Source of the DNA: Octopus bimaculoides
Taxonomy: Eukaryota
Direction of reading: 5' to 3'
Length of the DNA stretch: 46,758 bases
NCBI RefSeq assembly: GCF_001194135.2
Contig: NC_068983.1
Span: 19,470,750 to 19,517,507, forward strand
Shown: one piece after another, positions 12,560-25,381 of the stretch
Numbering within the stretch: position 1 is the first letter of the stretch
Layout: the number at the start of each line of letters is the position of its first letter
Translations under genes and position numbers: made by a program
The notes under the pieces: generated by a model
What the model saw: only the letters and a program-made list of their open reading frames with translations
Databases searched by the model: none
What the model was told of the DNA's origin: nothing

Positions 12560-13900
12560 TTATTTCTTGATAATATACTCGGTATGCTTCTTCAGTGAAT
12601 AATGATTGTACACAAAGTCCTTGGAATAGCCACCGTCGAAGTTGGAGTAGGCAATAATATCGGCGCGTAGACTTTTGTCATTTTGAGCGTTTCATTCTAT
12701 TTTAATTTATTGAATTACGTGTTCCTGATTTTGTGAACAAATACTCCATTGCTTAATCTGTACACATTACAAACAGTTTTTGTTCAGGCTGCTCTCTCTT
12801 TAGAACACAGTACAGATAGATGAAAAAGAATTTTAGTAACTACTCGTGGATCCGTACTCTATGTTTTATTTAGTGCGCGTGTGTGTTTTTTATCGTATTA
12901 ATCAGCTGCTTTCAAAAGCGTATGGTAGAAAGAACATATACAACTGTAGATGTATCTCCGTGAAAAGGCTGACAAAACACCAGAGAGGGAATTACGCTTC
13001 TTGAATCCAAGGATACATTGTGTACTTGGAAGCTTATACTGTAAAAAGCGACACAACGACTCGTCATTTCTCAAATGACTCTTGTATCATTATCTCTCAA
13101 ATATCTAGAGGAATTCTCGTGTTAAGAAAATTCCATGGAAAACAGGCATGTATTGCATATCTTTTACCAGACCTTCTGACAATTCTGCCAGATTATCACC
13201 AAGAATAATAAATTCTAATTCATATGTAGTAGCTTCAAAACAACAAATATGCATTGTGTTCAAAACTGTCTCTCAAACTTATTTATATATACTATATTTA
13301 CATAAATCTATATAGCCATATCATGTAGATATATTTTGTAAATATTGTATTAAAACGTTTGAAAACCTAAAGAAATCTCATTAAAAATTTAAATGCGGCA
13401 CATTGCATAAGACAATCAGTTTTCAAAGATTTCGTTCAGATATATATCAGTACACATATAATGATCTCTTCCAGTAAACGTAGACACAATGAGAGCCGAT
13501 CTCAAAACAAGTCTGTTCGCTCTCTCTAATGGGCAGTTTATTTGTTGCATGACCTACACATGTATAGCACAAAAGATGGTAAAGTTTGATGGATATATAT
13601 TTAGACATGATTTTCATCCTATTGGAAATAAAGTAACAGTTTAATACACGTTTATTGACACTTGAGATTCGTCTATGCTTCAATAACATCAATTGTAAAG
13701 TTAGCGAAACCCTGAAGCCAATTTACGTCACATTTAAAAAGGTACTACTTATCGTTAGGTGATAGTTGAAGGGGTCATTTGAGGTCAGATAACAATATTG
13801 TCCGAAGGTTAGAGCTGAGGGGAAGCATTGCTAATTACATTGAACTGTATATGACTTACAGTCTATCCAGGGATGTTGGACTGAGTAAATAAACACTGAA
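12560..13900 (-). pseudogene. Cadherin-like repeat remnants
   Basis: YHLTISST (13764), DVNWLQGFANFTIDVIE (13729-13679), FEIGSHCVYV. Acceptor ttttgaag|ct at 13232, then TTYELEFIILGDNLAELSEGLVKDMQYMPVF with a stop at 13107. Also YSISFQVHNVS...HGDTSTVVYVLST. Confidence 0.6.
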
Positions 13901-13980
13901 GTAGTTGAGGAGAATTATTTCTTGTGTTGCGTAAATATGTGAAACACTGAACGTTACGCAAATACACACATATATAGATA

Positions 13981-14016
<36 letters not shown>

Positions 14017-14025
14017 TATACGCAT

Positions 14026-14057
<32 letters not shown>

Positions 14058-14796
14058 GTGTGTGTGGTGTGTGTGTATGTGAGTGTANNNNNNNNNNNNN
14101 NNNNNNNNNNNNNNNNNNNNNNNNNNNNNNNNNNNNNNNNNNNNNNNNNNNNNNNNNNNNNNNNNNNNNNNNNNNNNNNNNNNNNNNNNNNNNNNNNNNN
14201 NNNNNNNNNNNNNNNNNNNNNNNNNNNNNNNNNNNNNNNNNNNNNNNNNNNNNNNNNNNNNNNNNNNNNNNNNNNNNNNNNNNNNNNNNNNNNNNNNNNN
14301 NNNNNNNNNNNNNNNNNNNNNNNNNNNNNNNNNNNNNNNNNNNNNNNNNNNNNNNNNNNNNNNNNNNNNNNNNNNNNNNNNNNNNNNNNNNNNNNNNNNN
14401 NNNNNNNNNNNNNNNNNNNNNNNNNNNNNNNNNNNNNNNNNNNNNNNNNNNNNNNNNNNNNNNNNNNNNNNNNNNNNNNNNNNNNNNNNNNNNNNNNNNN
14501 NNNNNNNNNNNNNNNNNNNNNNNNNNNNNNNNNNNNNNNNNNNNNNNNNNNNNNNNNNNNNNNNNNNNNNNNNNNNNNNNNNNNNNNNNNNNNNNNNNNN
14601 NNNNNNNNNNNNNNNNNNNNNNNNNNNNNNNNNNNNNNNNNNNNNNNNNNNNNNNNNNNNNNNNNNNNNNNNNNNNNNNNNNNNNNNNNNNNNNNNNNNN
14701 NNNNNNNNNNNNNNNNNNNNNNNNNNNNNNNNNNNNNNNNNNNNNNNNNNNNNNNNNNNNNNNNNNNNNNNNNNNNNNNNNNNNNNNNNNNNNNNN

Positions 14797-14850
<54 letters not shown>

Positions 14851-14984
14851 TGGATATATTTACATAAATCATATGTATATTGTTTGTGAAGGAGTCATAT
14901 ATATACTTATAATTCATATAAAAAGTATATAAGAATTATTTGGTATATATACATACATACATATATATCGTATAAATAATAATA

Positions 14985-15399
14985 GGCGTAGGAGTGGCTG
15001 TGTGGTAAGTAACTTGCTTACCAATCACATGGTACCGGGTTCAGTTCCACTGCGTGGCATCTTGGGCAAGAGTGTTCTACTATAGCCTCGGGCCGACCAA
15101 AGCCTTGTGAGTGGATTTGGTAGACGGAAACTGAAAGAAGCCCGTCGTTTATATGTGTATATATATATATGTGTACGTGTGTATGTGCTTGCGTGTCTGT
15201 GTTTGTCCCCCAACATCCCTTGACAACCGATGCTGGTGTGTTTATGTCCCCGTAACTTAGCGGTTCGGCTAAAGAGACCGATAGAATAAGTACTAGGCTT
15301 CCAAAGAATAAGTCCTGGGGTCGATTGCTCGACTAAAGGCGGTGCTCCAGCATGGCCACAGTCAAAAAGACTGAAACAAGTAAAAGAGTAAAAGAGATA
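14985..15399 (+). mobile_element. tRNA-headed SINE, family A, with internal TA/TG microsatellite
   Basis: A-box-like TGGCTGTGTGGTAA and B-box-like GGTTCAGTTCC. The body (agcctcgggccgaccaaagcc...gaaactgaaagaagcccgtcg...gtccccgtaacttagcggttc...gcggtgctccagc) is shared with copies at 30082 and 40370. Confidence 0.88.
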
Positions 15400-15414
15400 T
15401 GCATATATATTCAT

Positions 15415-15455
<41 letters not shown>

Positions 15456-15509
15456 CAAATATATACGTATATATGTATATTTGCGTTTTTATTTCTTTTT
15501 ATATACATA

Positions 15510-15605
15510 CATGCATAAGCGCAGACATAACTGTGTGGTAAGAATCCAGCTTCCCAACTACATATTTGTGGTTTCGTTACCACTGCGTGGCGCCTTTGAC
15601 TAAGT
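15510..15605 (+). mobile_element. SINE family A 5' head remnant
   Basis: ctgtgtggtaag...ccactgcgtggc resembles 14998-15060. Confidence 0.55.
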
Positions 15606-15649
15606 TTCGCTAAATCGTGTGTCGTATATAGAAGATCCATTTTTCTCTG

Positions 15650-16900
15650 TTAAGTACCTCCTCTTTAATTAAGGTTTGTTGTTCCTGAATATCTTTCTTT
15701 TCAAGTTTGTCTGAATTCGTTTGCCGGTATTTGTTTCCTTTTCAAACAAGTGAGGAAGGTTTTAATGTTTGGTAGTTTATTTAGTTTTTACCGTAGTTGG
15801 TCCTCTTTTGAACAAGGCTCGGCATTTTCGGAAGGATGATGCTGCGAGAAGGGCAGTTTTCTTAACTCCTAGCATTGAAGATGGGAAGATTTCTTCAACA
15901 GTATTGCTGTTACAGGTGCAGCAGTGTTAATTATTATTTTCGTCCTATTAAACATTCAGTGCAGAGTGAACTCATACGGTATATTCTGTTACATGTATAT
16001 AATCTGAACATTAAGCAGTGGATGGGGGGGGTGGACTGAATTTTAATAACTTCCTTCTAGTTCTATCTATGTGGCATAACTCTAGTACCGTATTGTTTGG
16101 AGGAGGGTTTAATGAGGATTTTCTGTCTGTGACAAAAACAATCGTCCACATATCACCAAAATTTACATGTGCATGACAAAAGTGATCTTACTTTGTCATC
16201 AAGTTGAATAATAGCCATCGATTTCCTTCACATTGACCCTATTGTTCACGGATCTCAAATATGAAAGATCACATTTGGACCGGGGTTTCATATATTAGAA
16301 ATGCTTTCATTTTTCATCGAGTGTTGTTTTAACTGTCATCCATATAATGCCATACCACGTTCTTCTTCCAATAAAAAGTTCGCTTAAATTTAAGGACTCT
16401 CTCTAATTCTCGAAACCGACATAACTTTGTCAAATCATAGGCACTTTATCTCCTCCTTATTAGCCGCCTCTGCGATTGATTATGTTCAAATGACGTTCGT
16501 CTTAGGAAACTGACGTAAACAAACTCGAGGGCTTTCACCAAAATACTCCATAATTTAACTTCTTTGAAGCAGCAGTTGTATTCTTTTTCAATTCTTTGGA
16601 TCGCTGCTGATTCTTTTTCTTTTTTTTTGTGCATAAGCAGTTAAAACATTTGTGCTGTCATTAAGTGTATTTTGTTATTCTATGAATTATGGCGAGGAGT
16701 GTCCTTATTGTTTTCAGTTTTCGTCTTTTCTTCTTCATGCATCCACTTGCAGTTTTGACAGCTGCTTTGCATTTTTCAATGTAATTTCTTCCCGTGAAAT
16801 ACCTGGAAAACTGAGATGACATTCTTCTCTTAGAACCAGATGGAAAAATAAAAATGAAAGCATAATTGAAATACAACTTTGTTGCCTTTTAATGAGCACG
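15650..16900 (-). mobile_element. Heavily decayed Gypsy LTR-retrotransposon pol (RNase H end to integrase)
   Basis: Colinear fragments SAAIQRIE / IMEYFG, KRTFYW, PPPHPLLNVQ (cf. PPYHPRSNGQ) and ECLIGRK..LTLLH (cf. ELLMGRxLRTxLDLLH). Many stops. Confidence 0.5.
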
Positions 16901-17610
16901 GTTTTTTAAAACATTCAACAGATGATCTGGAGTGGAATAAAATCAAAAATGAAAATTACTGACTTCAATTTTACGTGTAAAATTTTGAGAATTCTAACAG
17001 AAGAATAGTAACAAGTGACCGTTGAACTTATTTACCACGCTAGCGACGGATGAAGAATATTTGTGAAAAACTGGATACACGCACTGTGAATTCATTTAAA
17101 TCAGAATAAGAGATCTAAAGGTACAAGATAGATGGAAGGCTAAAATTTAATACGGGATATAATTTCCATTTGAAAATTACAAATATTACGGAACTTTTGA
17201 TGCTGGCATTCTTCAATGTTCTGGGAGCAGTTTTACTAATAAACTTCTTTTAAACGCACATGTACCGATCCACTGACACTGTATCACCTTCATACGTAGA
17301 ACAATTATCCGATATATTTTACCTACATATTAGAAAAGTATTTATATTATATTAGCCGCGCGCCTCCAGTTTCTATAGGACAACAGTAAAGACCGTGTTT
17401 TTTTTAATATTCTGAGAAGGTAGTACCGCTTTGCATATATTCTTACATTTTCTTCTGCTTCAGGCTATTTCTTGGGTTTCCGTTTTTACAGCTTTGGTTT
17501 TCAGCACTCGTTTGATCATTTGAGTTCTCTTGCATCTCTTTTTAATCTTCACAAGGTTATAGAATAGTGCAGCGTGTTATGATCAGATGAAAAGTTTGTT
17601 GGCCACTTAC

Positions 17611-17664
17611 TTGAAGGACCGAACACGACCTGACATCTTTCGTGATTTTCAAACATTTCTATTT
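17611..17664 (-). pseudogene. Exon remnant with good splice sites, cadherin N-terminal strand-like
   Basis: catttag|aa...tcaa|gtaagt, 54 nt, phase 1-1, EIEMFENHERCQVVFGPS (cf. IxVxENxxxGxVVF). Confidence 0.5.
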
Positions 17665-17764
17665 CTAAATGGGATTTTTGAAATAATTTTTGTTAAGATA
17701 ACTACACCCATTGCTTAACGCGATCATTAGCATATCCTTTGTCTAGGCGACGATTATGCTTCAA

Positions 17765-17965
17765 TGATTCAATGGCGGTGAGTTAGCAGAATCGTTAGCA
17801 CAGCAACATTTCTTCCGACGTCTCGTTCTGCGTTTAAATTCCACCATCGATTTTACCTTCCATCCTTTCGGCGTTGATAAAACGACTACCAGTTGAATAC
17901 TGGAGTCGATGTAATCCACTGACCCTACCCTAAAATTGCTGGTCCAATGCCAAAATTTGAAAGTA
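17765..17965 (+). mobile_element. SINE family B
   Basis: ggcggtgagttagcagaatcgttagca head; body ttttaccttccatcctttcgg...gataa...ggagtcgatgtaatc is similar to 24552-24680 and 38440-38560. Confidence 0.75.
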
Positions 17966-18392
17966 ATATATTACGTATTCAAATTTCATGTAACGCAAAT
18001 ATGTTGAGTCCATGTGAATGAAGAAAAATAATAACGCTATTCTCTGATGTTAGAACTACTGATTATCTTTTGATAATAATACAGTGCCAGTAAGACTTGA
18101 ACTCATTTAATAGAGGTATACCAAAGAATGCCACTAAAAATAATAGAACAGTATACAGCCTGTTATGAAAACCGATGTAATATAAGATGTGATGGAAGGA
18201 ATAGATATGCCATGATAAATCCCATCGACTAATGAAATGTTTAAGGTAAACTGATTGAAATCCATTGGAGATGAATTTTGATCAGTTTTAATAAAAATAG
18301 AGGCATGTAATTTCGGAAAGTAGTATTTTGGGGAAAGCCATGCGACTGCGTGTGTGTATGTATGTATGTATGTATGTGTGTATGTATGTATG

Positions 18393-18435
<43 letters not shown>

Positions 18436-19489
18436 NNNNNNNNNNNNNNNNNNNNNNNNNNNNNNNNNNNNNNNNNNNNNNNNNNNNNNNNNNNNNNNNN
18501 NNNNNNNNNNNNNNNNNNNNNNNNNNNNNNNNNNNNNNNNNNNNNNNNNNNNNNNNNNNNNNNNNNNNNNNNNNNNNNNNNNNNNNNNNNNNNNNNNNNN
18601 NNNNNNNNNNNNNNNNNNNNNNNNNNNNNNNNNNNNNNNNNNNNNNNNNNNNNNNNNNNNNNNNNNNNNNNNNNNNNNNNNNNNNNNNNNNNNNNNNNNN
18701 NNNNNNNNNNNNNNNNNNNNNTATATATATATATATATATATGATATGTATTTACACAGACATAGGCGAGCGTACGGAGAGACACGCACATGCCCCATAG
18801 ACAAGTATCTAGGAAAGCATGTACGTATATTTATTTGTGTGTGTGTGTGTGTTTGTTTATACATAGTACATGCATAGGCACATAATACTGCATGATCCAT
18901 TTGTTTTTGCTTTGCTGTTTAGATTTTTTTTTTATGTCTTCAGATAATTTCAAGCAAGCTTAAACATAATTAGTTTTCGCACATATTTGGGCAAAATAAT
19001 ATTCTGGTTGGCCGAACGTATATAAGCTTACATTGTATTTATTTGTGTAATGAATTGCCTTGCTTTACTGAATATAATTCTCCACTCTACTGTATAGGAT
19101 GTAATTTTCCTATACAATACAACAATCCAAATATACGAAGAAAAAATATCGGAAAGAAAAGCAACAAACAAAAATGAATCAACAATAATCCAAACCCTAT
19201 CTATCGTTCCAATGGATAGGTGAAAAGGGTAAAAGAAAGGCGACATATTATGTTTCTGTTTTCATTTTACGTTTTTTATTGTAGTATACTTGTTTGAATT
19301 TGTGTACGATAGTAAATTAATATTAGTTTTTCGTTCCTTGTTCACGTTAGGGTTTTTATTTTTAATATTGTATTGTAGTTCATTTTCTCATCATCTAAAG
19401 TATAAGTATGCCGGCAGGAATCTATGCATTGTAAGTTTTTATTGTTCGCTTCAAAGACGAAACAATATAATAGCCAAGATTTCCATGTA

Positions 19490-19611
19490 AGAATGCAGTC
19501 AGAACGGATAGGTATATCGATAGTTAGTTAAATTGATGAATATATCGGCGTACAGACAGGTAGAAAGATAGGTAACTAGGTAGAACGATAGATATATAGA
19601 TAGATAGATAA

Positions 19612-19663
<52 letters not shown>

Positions 19664-19741
19664 ATAGAGAGATAAGCACACAGACAAATAGAGGTAGATA
19701 GACAGTAAAACAGAGAGATAGGTATATAGATAGATAGACAC

Positions 19742-19776
<35 letters not shown>

Positions 19777-19902
19777 GGGGGGAATTAGTTAGATATATTA
19801 TAGATAGATAAAACGACGGATAGACGGAGAGATAAATAGAGAGATAGATAAACAGACAGGTAGACAGTCAGACATACATACAGACAGATTAATAGATTAA
19901 TT

Positions 19903-19964
<62 letters not shown>

Positions 19965-20225
19965 GAGATAAGCACACAGACAAATAGAGATAGATAGACA
20001 GTAAACCAGAGAGATAGGTATATAGATAGATAGACAGAGAGAGAGAGAGAGAGAGGGGGGAATTAGTTAGATAGATTATAGATAGATAAAACGACGGATA
20101 GACGGAGAGATAAATAGAGAGATAGATAAACAGACAGGTAGACAGTCAGACATACATACATACAGATTAATAGATTAATTGATAGATAGATAGAGAGATA
20201 GATAGATAGATAAATAGATAGATAG
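19490..20225. repeat. (GATA)n/(GA)n complex containing a 296-bp-period tandem duplication
   Basis: The unique-ish block gataagcacacagacaaatagag...aaaacgacggatagacggag...taatagattaattg occurs at 19671 and at 19967. Confidence 0.92.
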
Positions 20226-20694
20226 AGGAACGACAACGGCAGTGCATCGCCCTGCTAGCCCACTTTAAGACAGCATCACTAAGTCTAATGCTGTTTGCAT
20301 GTATTGCACACATACACGTTCACTAACGGGATATTAAAGTATATCGCTCTCCTTGCCAACATATTCCAGCCATTAGCACTCTAACAGGGATTGTTTTATA
20401 ACATTATGTATATACTCGGAAATACATCTAAGCAACTCTCTTCCTACAAACTACTAGCGAGATCACTTAACGCACATCCCTATTGCAGAGACATATATAA
20501 ACTTTTTGTATCATTTCATTGTACTTCGAATAATGCGTCTAGATTTCCTCTTTATTTACTAAAATTGTTAACGTTTCTATCTATTTAGAGATTTACCTTA
20601 ATATAAAGAAATATTTCACATTGCATCCTTATCGGAAGGGGTAACTATAACATTCCATCTAACTACAAAATTCACCCTACCAAAGCTGTCAAGT

Positions 20695-21310
20695 CGAACA
20701 GGAGGTACTCAAAAGTAACTGGAAACGTTCTCTGTGAGACAAGCCCGCTGTATTTCGGGCTTTAGCGGCTAGAAGCCACATAATGCGACGATCGAGTATC
20801 AGTATTTTTGCAGTGCTTTTCCCTTGTTCATCAATTTTTAAGATGACTGAAACGCAGTAATATCATGCTTCTGTGAAATTCTCTTTTACGCTAAGGAAAA
20901 CAGCGGTTGAAACAATTCTCATGCTTCAAACAGGTTACAAGGACTTTGCCATGAGAAAAACACAGGCTTACGAGTGGTTTCCACGCTTTAGGAATGGTCA
21001 CTTTTTATCTGAAGACCAACCTCGATCAGGACAACCGTCCACCCCTCGAACGAATGAAAACCTCATGATAATTAATGAACTGAACTTGGAGGAGCGTCAT
21101 CAAACAATTGACAAACAAGTCTGGTGTTTCGTGGAGCCCCTGCCAACGGATTTTGAATGGAAAGAGTTGCAGCAGAACTTGTGCTTCGCATGCTCACGAA
21201 TGATCAAAGGTAGTCATGACTGTACGAGTGTCGTGAACCGAAAAAACAGTTGGAAGTTGATCCGGGGCCTTTTTTGAAGGTCATCATTGGTGATGGAAGC
21301 TGGTAAAAGT
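20695..21310 (+). mobile_element. Mariner transposase 5' fragment
   Basis: VKFSFTLRKTAVETILML...TQAYEWFPRFRNG...EDQPRSGQPST (HTH), ERVAAELVLRMLT (WVPRxL-equivalent) and KVIIGDGSW (first catalytic D motif). 3' half absent. Confidence 0.9.
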
Positions 21311-21338
21311 GGTGAAAAAGTAAACGACGGCGGTGGGG

Positions 21339-21834
21339 TTAAAACGCATCATTTTGCAAGATTTTCTGCAGTACTTCGTATAGTGGAAAACGCATCTGTC
21401 CAAAATTTCGGTTTCTTTTGGGTACCCAATCGTATATTCTCTGTTCCTCATCATTCGTCTTCAAGTAGGTTTTAAGGAAAATTTGACGTACTGCTTCACT
21501 CACTTGAAAGTCTACGGCAGTGGTGCTTTCGTTGGAATCAAAACACTTGCGCTAAACTTCATTATAGATTTTACTGATATGTCTATGTGTCCACGCAAAA
21601 CTGAAGTTAAAACTATTCTGCTGCTCCGCAAATAATCATACACATTTCATTGCATTCAAGACAAATTCCTTATGCTTCATCTCCTTCTCAGTTCTAACGA
21701 GACTACAGCGCAGTCTGATAGTACCAAAAAAAAAAAAGGAAATCTTGCTTCGTAATAATTGCATCGAGTCTTTTTGTGGTTCATAGTAAAAGATTACCCA
21801 TACCGCAAACGCATGAGAAATCGGGTTTTGATTT
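21339..21834 (-). pseudogene. Three phase-compatible exons (21804-21834, 21642-21714, 21339-21551), cadherin-like
   Basis: GT-AG introns of 89 and 90 nt. The spliced peptide is EIKTRFLMRLRLRCSLVRTEKEMKHKEFVLNAMKCRKCFDSNESTTAVDFQVSEAVRQIFLKTYLKTNDEEQRIYDW...QNDAF*. Confidence 0.5.
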
Positions 21835-21987
21835 CTGCAGCGTGACTAATTAATTACCAATAACTAACATAAGTTTGACTAATGATTTTACCTAATTCCT
21901 TACTACATATTGATATTTAGCATGTCATAATCTCGCTTTAAACGTAGATTGATAAAACAGTAGTATGTGAGCTGATAATAACACTAC

Positions 21988-22059
21988 CCGGATTATGCAG
22001 TCTTCTCTCAAAAGTCCACGATTTGCTAAGTGATCTATTTCAGTGGCAAAAATACCATT
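21988..22059 (-). pseudogene. Exon candidate
   Basis: Strong acceptor cttttcattgcag|, 72 nt, NGIFATEIDHLANRGLLREDCIIR. The donor is weak and its phase does not match the next exon. Confidence 0.35.
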
Positions 22060-23329
22060 CTGCAATGAAAAGCATAAATTCAGCACTCGTGGAATGAACA
22101 AGAGAAATAGACAATAGACACACAACATATATTAATAAATATAGAATATTATGTAAATAAACGATTATTCTGAAGTTGTGCTAGAGATACAGAAATGGCA
22201 GGGTTAGGAATAAATAGTCATGTCGATATCGTTAAAAATTATGTATGTTGATAGACATAGAGAAACTGAAAAAATGATAGCAAGACGATATAAGCATTAA
22301 CATCTTCATGTAAAATTTAAATATTCATGTAAAAATGAGAGAATATTGTCATAACTTTCGTTTTGTTACAACGTAGTATGTTTAAAATGATTGTTGGTAT
22401 TTTCTTTTAATAGTAAGAGATATTTTCCGAGAATTAATCAAATTTTAACGCAATTTATATTTTGGGTATTGGAAAAGAAACTGTAAAATAGCAGGAAGCT
22501 TAACAAGACTATAATTTCGTGTTACAATAAAATCCACTGCAAACCTCCAGCAGTAATTTTATTATATCCAGATATTAATACCCTAGTTGATCGAATGATA
22601 TTCGTTTACCGTAACAAAACACCCAATAGTAAATATGCACAAAAATAAATACTAAAATAAAAACAAAAATAATAATCATTCGTCTTCTGGAACTAATAAT
22701 TACAATATTGCAAACAACCGCAGCTCTACAACACATTTTGTCAGCAATCTAATATTTATTAAAATTACTCATACAATTTTTTTTTGTATCTCCTTGTTGA
22801 TATAAGCTTCTGAAATATCGTTTATAAATCAAATATTATTCATCTATAAACATATTTTGCTTTAGTTAATCTTCTTTCAGATTATATCTAGATGATATGA
22901 TGTATATTTTTGATTGCATTACTGTTAGAGTTTTCTCTTTCAGATAATTACGTTGAGATTTCTACGATTCCACTGCTCGATTTCACTCGAATAATCAATG
23001 TGAAGTAATATTTTGATTAAATTCCGAAAGATATTATTAACTTCAGATCAGTGAACGGCTTCTTTCAGCGGGTAGAATATAAGGTATTTATTTCGAAATC
23101 AACATTTATTGTGTTGTTTTTACTGGAGATATTTTCTAGTAATTTGTTTATGTGATTGCAACGAAATTTAGATCTGCAAATAAACGCGAATCGAAGAACA
23201 GCCTTCGATTTAGGTGTAACATTTTGCGTCATTTAGCGACATTTACAGAATAAATATGAGTGAAACTTTCATATAATTTTCGTTATATAATTTCAGTCAC
23301 GCTACTGATACACTGCAGATGTAACTGTT

Positions 23330-23362
23330 GCAACTGCTGCTGCTTCTACTACTATCTCAATA

Positions 23363-23437
<75 letters not shown>

Positions 23438-23460
23438 GCTGGTGCTGCTGCTGCTGCTGT
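23330..23460. repeat. Compound (TGC)/(TAC)n microsatellite
   Basis: Direct reading. Confidence 0.96.
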
Positions 23461-23628
23461 TTTATTAACAGTGTTAATATATATATATATATATACATAC
23501 ATACATACACACACTCACATAATAGAGTAACTTACATTTTATAGACCCACAGTCACACACAGGATTGCCGCCATACACGTATGTATGTGTGTGTATGTAT
23601 GTATTATGTATGTATGTATGCATATGTG

Positions 23629-23925
23629 TATAGAGGGTGTTCGCGATAAATTTGACAGCTTCCATTAGAGGAAAGGAAAACAGTATCACATCCAAATATA
23701 AATGTATTTTTAAACGATCATAAAATATAAACTGCATGCAAATAATGGTTTACTCAAAGTAGCCGCACTCAGCTTTAACCACCGCCTGAAAGCAGGTACG
23801 AAACCTGGTGCATGCATTCCTTATTGTATCTTGCGAAGATCTTCGAACACCTTCTTCATCCTGGTCATGATTTCGGGATTGGTGTTGAAGGCCAAGGGGC
23901 TGGTATCTTTCTCAAACCGTGTTCA
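23629..23925 (-). mobile_element. Tc1/mariner-family (maT/DD37D-like) transposon 3' end
   Basis: Terminus tatagagggtg (cf. TA-CAGGGTG). Minus translation FEKDTSPLAFNTNPEIMTRMKKVFEDL / KDTIRNACTRFRTCFQAVVKAECGYFE* is a typical transposase C-terminus. Confidence 0.82.
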
Positions 23926-24089
23926 CAGATGTAGGGCGGAATGACGCCACTCTCACATCATTCACACCCAAAGACCATTACAATTTGCGAAATGCTGGTT
24001 TGCATGATATTCATGTTGCCTCGTTTACAGCACTTTCAGAGCATTGAGCTGTAGTTATGATGTTGATAATTTTATACCTAGCGCATCAT

Positions 24090-24335
24090 CATGATACAGG
24101 TATCTCTTTTCCACATCCGCAGCTATCTTGTATGTTTACAAGTCCATGATTTGCCCTTGTATGGAATACTGTTGTCCTATTTGGGCAGTTAACCATTTTG
24201 TCACTTGGATCATTAGAATGGGTCCCGGAGCAAGTCTCTGATTTGATTCGTCCCCATCCTCTTGCCTCAAACCTAAACTCGTGATATCCACGTGCGTCGA
24301 CAGTCTTTCTATCTGTTGACGCACGTCAGAGTAAA
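24090..24335 (+). mobile_element. LINE (Jockey/CR1/L2-type) post-RT C-terminal fragment
   Basis: ILYVYKSMICPCMEYCCPIWA (cf. LYKSxIRPxMEYCSxIWA) and LIRPHPLASNL. Confidence 0.62.
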
Positions 24336-24551
24336 GGAAGAGCTTTGATGAACTCTCTCTCCTAATTCCAGATCACTGTGTGCCATTTCACCTAACCCGA
24401 AACCCACAGCGTTTTAATCTAAATGCTGTAGTGCTTCCACGAATAATGAAACATCTAAAAATACGACGTATCTGCAACAAAAATACTAGCCTACTACCAG
24501 ACACAACAAAACACATTCAATAATAATGATTTCTAATATAGGTGACAGACA

Positions 24552-24680
24552 TGGTCGACTTTGCCTTTCATTATTTCGGGATTGTTAAAATAAGTACAAG
24601 TTGATCTCTGGGGTCGATTTTATCGACTTAGCCCCTCACCGGATATTGCATGTCCGGTGTCAGAGTATGAAACAAATATA
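24552..24680 (+). mobile_element. SINE family B, 3' part
   Basis: ggtcgactttgcctttcat...aaataagtac...ggggtcgattttatcgacttagcccc is similar to 17845-17965. Confidence 0.7.
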
Positions 24681-24862
24681 AATGTAAGGCCTGAAAATTG
24701 TTGGAAAAAGTGTTAGTCAGTAAGTACCTAGATCTCATTGCTCAAATGGCATTTTTATATCGACCGCAAAACGATGAAGAGCAATGTCGACCTTGGTGGC
24801 ACCTGAACACAGAACGTATATTCGGAAGAAATGTCATTGAGCATTTTGTACGACGTGCTTAC

Positions 24863-25011
24863 GATTCTGATTCCGTAATGGTAGCAATAGTTATTTCTAA
24901 CATAGGTACAATGTTAGCAACGTTGATGGAAGGAGCAAATCGATTAAAACGATCCCAGCATGATTCCCATAATTGCTTTATCGATGCTGAAATTGTCAGA
25001 GGCAATTCAAC
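24863..25011 (-). pseudogene. Exon candidate spanning a cadherin repeat junction
   Basis: cttctgtccag|gtt...gaatc|gtaagc, 149 nt open, VELPLTISASIKQLWESCWDRFNRFAPSINVANIVPMLEITIATITESES (DxxNxxAP junction-like). Confidence 0.5.
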
Positions 25012-25272
25012 CTGGACAGAAGTTGAACTCAAAATGCAGCTACAAATTTTGACGAACGCGCTAGAGATTTTATGCGTAAGTTGATTTAACATTTGTAACA
25101 ATACTTTGTTTTTGCTGGAATACACACACGCCCTTTCATGCATTCCAATATTTATGCATTTTATTCGAAAACGTGCGAATTTAAGAGTGAAGTTATGCAG
25201 AAATGTTGGAAGATACAGAACAAAGAAAATTATCCAACGTATCATAAAACACCTGATTTCTGTAAATGTCAT

Positions 25273-25321
<49 letters not shown>

Positions 25322-25350
25322 CCCCCCCCACACACAAGTACACACACGTA

Positions 25351-25381
<31 letters not shown>

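Noticed and set aside
13447-13620. Ly6/three-finger protein (LLCYTC...)
   Set aside because: The cysteine spacing is incomplete and there is no CCxxDxCN end. Neighbouring frames fit the cadherin remnant better.
14985-15070. tRNA gene
   Set aside because: A/B-box-like motifs are present, but there is no complete cloverleaf and the sequence continues into a multi-copy SINE body.
21988-22059. RPA70 N-terminal OB-fold similarity (IFATEIDHL vs MLATQLNPL)
   Set aside because: Only a short superficial match, with no other RPA or Helitron features nearby.
24698-25084. Plus-strand 128-aa ORF or exon ending at a GTAAGT donor
   Set aside because: Probably the antisense shadow of the minus-strand exon at 24863-25011. 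No recognisable domain, though not fully excluded.
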